From an uncultured cyanobacterium (GTDB lineage Bacteria > Cyanobacteriota > Cyanobacteriia > Cyanobacteriales > CAWCAG01): DNA of 64,000 nucleotides. Below are positions 59,861 through 64,000 of this stretch, in pieces. The notes under the pieces are model-generated. The model was given only the letters and a program-made list of their open reading frames with translations. It was not told the DNA's origin and did no database searches. The first letter of the stretch is position 1, and each line of letters opens with the position of its first letter. The DNA is taken from contig CAWDOD010000002.1 of NCBI GenBank assembly GCA_963803805.1, forward strand, positions 448,001 to 512,000, read 5' to 3'. Made by a program: the position numbers and the translations under genes.

Positions 59861-61207
59861 ATGAACGACCAAGCCCTGAAACAAGCATTACTGAATTTAC
59901 CAAACCAGGAAAAAGAAGCAGTTGTCAACGACGTTTTTGTCCCAGATTTACTAAATGCTCTTGGTTTTGAGCTTATGGAGCGCATCCCCCAGTTTGCTAC
60001 AGGAAGGGGAAATGATGCAGTCGATTATGCCCTACGTCATAATACTCAGGATGATATCTTTCTCCAAACTAAAGCTAATCCTTCTGTGTTACTTGAACTA
60101 AAAGGTAGAGATATTAATCTTACTGAAGGTTCTTCTCAATATAAATCTACGGTTAAACAAATTCGTCGCTATTTATTATCGCCAAATTGTAAAAGCGTGC
60201 AGTGGGGAATCATTACTAACTCGGCTCATATTCAAGTTTTTAGAAAGCACGGCAAGGTTATTTATCCTGCTACCCAATGTCTAGAAATCACCACGGATAA
60301 TGTTGGTGAGATTGTCCAAAAGGTTGCCAATCAAATCCAAAATACTCCCAGAGCATTAACGGTAGCAGTTTATAACAATAAAGGAGGCGTAGGCAAAACC
60401 ACAACCACAGTGAATCTTGCTTCAATTCTTACTTTGAAGGGGAAGAAAGTTTTAGTTGTTGATTTTGATCCTAACCAACAAGATTTAACTAATTCACTAG
60501 GTGTAAAACCAGGAAAAGTAACTTTTTATTCTTGTTTAGAAGACAAAAAGAATCAAGTTCCCTTTGAGGAGGTGATGCGTCCTTATAAAATTCATTTCAA
60601 AAAGCTCAATAAGGATTTTGTTTTTGATGTTATTCCGGCTAACGAAGAATTTTCAAACATGGGAGAAGATGATTTAAGGAAAAATCTTAAGCGTTTTCGA
60701 TTGCGTCAGTTTCTAGGTAGTTTGAAATCACAATACGACTATATCTTAATTGATTCGCCTCCAAATTGGAGGTTTTTTAGTATTAGCGCAATCTATGCAG
60801 CAGATGTGGTTTTTATACCCACCAAACACAACAACATTTTTTCATTAGAAAATGCTGCTATAGCTATCAGTAAATATATTTCAGACGTGCAAGAAAAGCG
60901 TAAAGATGGAGGGCCGATTGCCCTACCGATTTTCTTCAATGGTGAAAAGATTAGTGATGCGGCTAGAAATACAGCCAACAAAGCAATACAAAATATCATT
61001 CAAAAAGCCAAAAAAGAGGATAAATTTGATTTGCTTCCCTATTTTTATCCCCGTTATACTTCCGCTAAAAAAGACCTTCACATTTTCGACGTACCAAGCT
61101 ACGCTCATATAGCTGATGCCGCCTTTTCCCGTATCCCAGCTACCTACAAAAATAAAACCGCACGGGATTATTACTTAAGCTTAGCCAAGGAGTATTTTTT
61201 ACAATGA
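59861..61207 (+). CDS. HsdR_N-type PD-(D/E)xK nuclease fused to a ParA/Soj ATPase
   Basis: KEAVV..LLNALGF..VDYAL..LELK..QIRRY..WGIITN; NNKGGVGKTTT, DFDPNQ, ILIDSPP. Confidence 0.9.
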   Translation: MNDQALKQALLNLPNQEKEAVVNDVFVPDLLNALGFELMERIPQFATGRGNDAVDYALRHNTQDDIFLQTKANPSVLLELKGRDINLTEGSSQYKSTVKQIRRYLLSPNCKSVQWGIITNSAHIQVFRKHGKVIYPATQCLEITTDNVGEIVQKVANQIQNTPRALTVAVYNNKGGVGKTTTTVNLASILTLKGKKVLVVDFDPNQQDLTNSLGVKPGKVTFYSCLEDKKNQVPFEEVMRPYKIHFKKLNKDFVFDVIPANEEFSNMGEDDLRKNLKRFRLRQFLGSLKSQYDYILIDSPPNWRFFSISAIYAADVVFIPTKHNNIFSLENAAIAISKYISDVQEKRKDGGPIALPIFFNGEKISDAARNTANKAIQNIIQKAKKEDKFDLLPYFYPRYTSAKKDLHIFDVPSYAHIADAAFSRIPATYKNKTARDYYLSLAKEYFLQ

Positions 61208-61887
61208 GTAACTTAAGCGATATTGGGAACTTAATGTACCTGTATCTAGAAGAAATCGAACCGGGTGAGGGGACAGATGCACCAGAATTTCTAATCAAAG
61301 CTACAGCCAAAACTCTCAGCGATTTTGGGGGGCGAAATTGGCTTCCTTTAATTGTTAAAGAAACTGGGGAAGATAGTTATGAAGCGATCGCCAACTTATT
61401 TATCTATGCGGTGGCAGAAGAAGCAGGTTTAGAAAAGGTTTGGTGTATTATTGCTGATGATAGCAAAGAAACTGCTCAATTAGCTAAAACCTTAGCTGGG
61501 GAAGTGATCCCCAAAATAAACCTTTCTACAGCTAGCCGTGATGAAATTCAAGCAACCCTACAATATTTAATTGAAAAACCTGGTAGCCCTCTCAAAGGGG
61601 TGAAACTTTCTGTAGCCACAAACCGCATTGATGAAGCCCCCCGGCAATATTGGCAAAACTTCAACGAAATTACCAAACTCCAATGTGGTATCACCAGGGG
61701 GAAAAAACTTGATACCCTCAAAGAAGTTTTTGAACTCACTCCCCAGCCCATGCCTGATGTAATCAAAGATCCAGCAATCTTAACCACCATGACTACAAAA
61801 GACTTAAAAACCATGGCCAAAAAGCGAGGAATGTCTGGCTACAGCAAAAAGAAAAAAGGCGAATTAGTGGAGTTACTCAGCCAGTAG
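61204..61887 (+). CDS. Degenerate ParB/Srx-like - HhH - Rho_N domain protein
   Basis: ATGA overlap with the upstream gene; LPLIVKE..YEAIAN..AEEAGLEKVWCIIAD; INLSTASRDEI; TTKDLKTMAKKRGMSGYSKKKKGELVELL. Confidence 0.78.
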   Translation: MSNLSDIGNLMYLYLEEIEPGEGTDAPEFLIKATAKTLSDFGGRNWLPLIVKETGEDSYEAIANLFIYAVAEEAGLEKVWCIIADDSKETAQLAKTLAGEVIPKINLSTASRDEIQATLQYLIEKPGSPLKGVKLSVATNRIDEAPRQYWQNFNEITKLQCGITRGKKLDTLKEVFELTPQPMPDVIKDPAILTTMTTKDLKTMAKKRGMSGYSKKKKGELVELLSQ

Positions 61888-61917
61888 GCGTAGACAAAAC
61901 CCGCCGTTAGGCATCGC
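61888..61917 (+). repeat. SDR5-like insertion in HIP1
   Basis: GCG[TAGACAAAACCCGCCGTTAGGC]ATCGC. Confidence 0.7.
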
Positions 61918-62255
61918 GCCACAAAAAACTGTCGCCTATTGCACTCTTTGCCTGTTGCCTTTGCCCTAACATTAGTAGCCTGTAAGACTAACATAAACTT
62001 CGGCTTAGAAAATCATTAAACTTTAGGCATATTTGCTCATATAGCAATTAACTTTAAAAAAGGCCAAACTAGAGTACATTCATTAATTGTCAATAGTTAC
62101 TAACTGAGCGAACATCAAAATTTTCTTGGCTGGGGTCATAAAAAAAGGAGCAACTACCAAAGGTTTTGATCTGGTTGTCTGCCATGAAGTCAATATTACT
62201 GATTGCTTCTGACGCAATCTGACAGGATGCCTGCTGCAACAGGAGGCTAAAACTA

Positions 62256-64000
62256 ATGACCAACAGAGATAGTCTTTATAGAATAGAACAGGAGACACTT
62301 GTGAATCAAAAAACCAACCTCGTAAAACCCATCAATATTCAAGTAGAAGATGACCGCACAGGCATGAGTATTGAAACTCTGAAGCGGGCTTTTGCTGATA
62401 ATCTTTTTTATATTCAAGGCAAACATGAATCCTTAGCTACTGTCAAAGACTTCTACATGGCTTTGGCTTATACTGTCCGAGATAGACTATTACAACGTTG
62501 GTTAAAAACCTCCAAAACCTATTCTGACCGAGATGCCAAGACAGTTTGTTACCTATCAGCAGAATTTTTGATGGGTCGTCATCTCGGTAACAACCTCATT
62601 AACATGGGGCTTTATGAAAAAATGCAGCAGGTTGTCGAAGAATCAGGGTTGGATCTAGAAGATTTGATGGAACAAGAAGTAGATCCTGGTTTAGGTAATG
62701 GCGGCTTAGGAAGGCTAGCAGCTTGTTTCCTCGATTCTTTGGCTGCTTTGGAAATTCCTGCCATTGGTTATGGCATTCGCTACGAGTTTGGTATCTTTCA
62801 CCAAATTATTCAAGATGGTTGGCAAGTAGAAATTCCTGATAAATGGTTGCGTTTTACCAACCCTTGGGAAATTGCCCGTCCTGAAGATACCGTAGAGGTT
62901 CAATTTGGTGGCTACACAGAAACCTACTGTTCTAAAAAAGGACATTATCGTGTATCTTGGGTTCCTGAACGGACAGTTATAGCTGTCCCTTATGATACTC
63001 CTGTACCTGGTTACAACACCAATACTGTCAATCCCCTCCGGCTTTGGAAAGCAGAAGCTAGTGACGAATTTAACTTCGATGCTTTCAATGCCGGTAACTA
63101 TGACCACGCTGTTTCCGATAAGATGACCTCAGAGACAATCTCTAAAGTCCTTTATCCTAACGACAACACTCCCCAAGGACGGCAGTTACGTTTAGAACAA
63201 CAATTCTTCTTCGTCTCCGCCTCCTTACAGGATATTATTCGTAATCACCTACGCCATAACAACAACTTACATAACCTCCACGAAAGAGTTGCTATTCAAT
63301 TAAACGATACTCACCCAGCAGTCAGTATTGCTGAATTGATGCGTTTACTAATAGATGTACATGAGTTGCATTGGGATACAGCTTGGGAAATTACCCAACA
63401 AACTTTTGCCTATACTAACCATACTCTCCTCCCTGAAGCCCTGGAGCGCTGGCCTGTCAGCTTGTTTGAAAGCTTGTTGCCCAGGCATTTAGAAATTATT
63501 TATGAAATAAATCATCGCTTCATGGAAGATATCCACACTTGGTATCCTGGAGATGATGCACGGGCAAGCCGACTCTCAATTATTGAAGAGTCAGGGGGGA
63601 AATCCATCCGTATGGCTAACTTAGCTTGTGTGGGCAGCCACGCCGTTAATGGAGTTGCAGCACTTCATACCAAATTGCTGAAGCAAGATACCTTAAGAGA
63701 TTTTGCTGGAACTATGGCCAGAAAAATTCTTCAACATGACCAATGGTGTTACTCCCCGTCGTTGGATATTGTTAAGTAACCCTAAACTAGCGACCTTAAT
63801 TACGGAAAAAATTGGTGATGGTTGGCTAACTAATTTAGATAAACTCGAAAAATTAGCAGCCTTTATTGATGATGCTGAATTTTGTGAGCGCTGGCGAGAA
63901 ATTAAGCTAGAAAATAAGCGCAAGCTAGCTAGTTACATTTGGAAACAAAAAGGTCTGCGGGTAGATCCTGATTCCATCTTTGATGTCTTAGTTAAGCGCC
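62256..64000 (+). CDS. glgP: Glycogen phosphorylase with a +1 frameshift at 63708-63709; continues beyond the window
   Basis: YLSAEFLMGR, GLGNGGLGRLAACFLDS, QLNDTHP, AYTNHT, NGVAALH; removing one G gives [22 protein letters not shown], open to the window end. Confidence 0.95.

Larger units (their letters stand above)
1030..61390. repeat. HIP1 octamer GCGATCGC dispersed through the window
   Basis: Roughly 25-30 copies seen by eye (e.g. 1030, 16197, 37613, 58921); none seen in 17.7-20.3 kb. Confidence 0.9.

Noticed and set aside
59861-61887. Ordinary chromosome/plasmid parAB or type I R-M locus
   Set aside because: The ParB-like protein lacks the GxxRxxA motif and an HTH, the ParA carries a nuclease, and there is no hsdM/hsdS or helicase domain nearby.
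1-64000. CRISPR arrays, tRNA/rRNA genes, group II introns, prophage genes
   Set aside because: None seen by eye; the tandem repeats are spacer-less heptamers. Structured ncRNAs cannot be excluded without a covariance-model search.

Overview
AT-rich cyanobacterial chromosome segment. The cyanobacterial assignment rests on many HIP1 GCGATCGC octamers, heptamer STRR repeats, and psb35, pedR, Uma2 and PEP-CTERM genes. Housekeeping genes (glgB, ilvB, ndh-2, recJ, menE/menC, a pfkB kinase, glgP) are interleaved with five accessory blocks. (i) A 15.2-20.3 kb island holds a MITE-disrupted vapC plus antitoxin, a GNAT, an LMW-PTP, an ISAs1 remnant and a C5-methylase/endonuclease pair. (ii) A 27-39.9 kb copper island holds DUF411, a multicopper oxidase, a Csp3-like protein, DUF305, a CPH-type P1B ATPase, an RppA/RppB-type two-component pair, an uncharacterised Met/His-rich secreted protein with a beta-barrel partner, a permease and a Grx-MauE fusion. 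It carries three MerR-type promoters and three TTTCAT-N5-TTTCAT boxes. (iii) A three-gene secreted/outer-membrane operon at 40-42.3 kb. (iv) A cyclase-TIR-AAA_35 fusion. (v) A translationally coupled pair encoding a restriction-like nuclease fused to ParA and a degenerate ParB-HhH-Rho_N protein; this is the best candidate for an undescribed system. Single-base indels in conserved genes (glgP, ybdK, glgB) suggest assembly errors, so pseudogene calls need read support. All family calls come from motif recognition by eye; no database searches were run.
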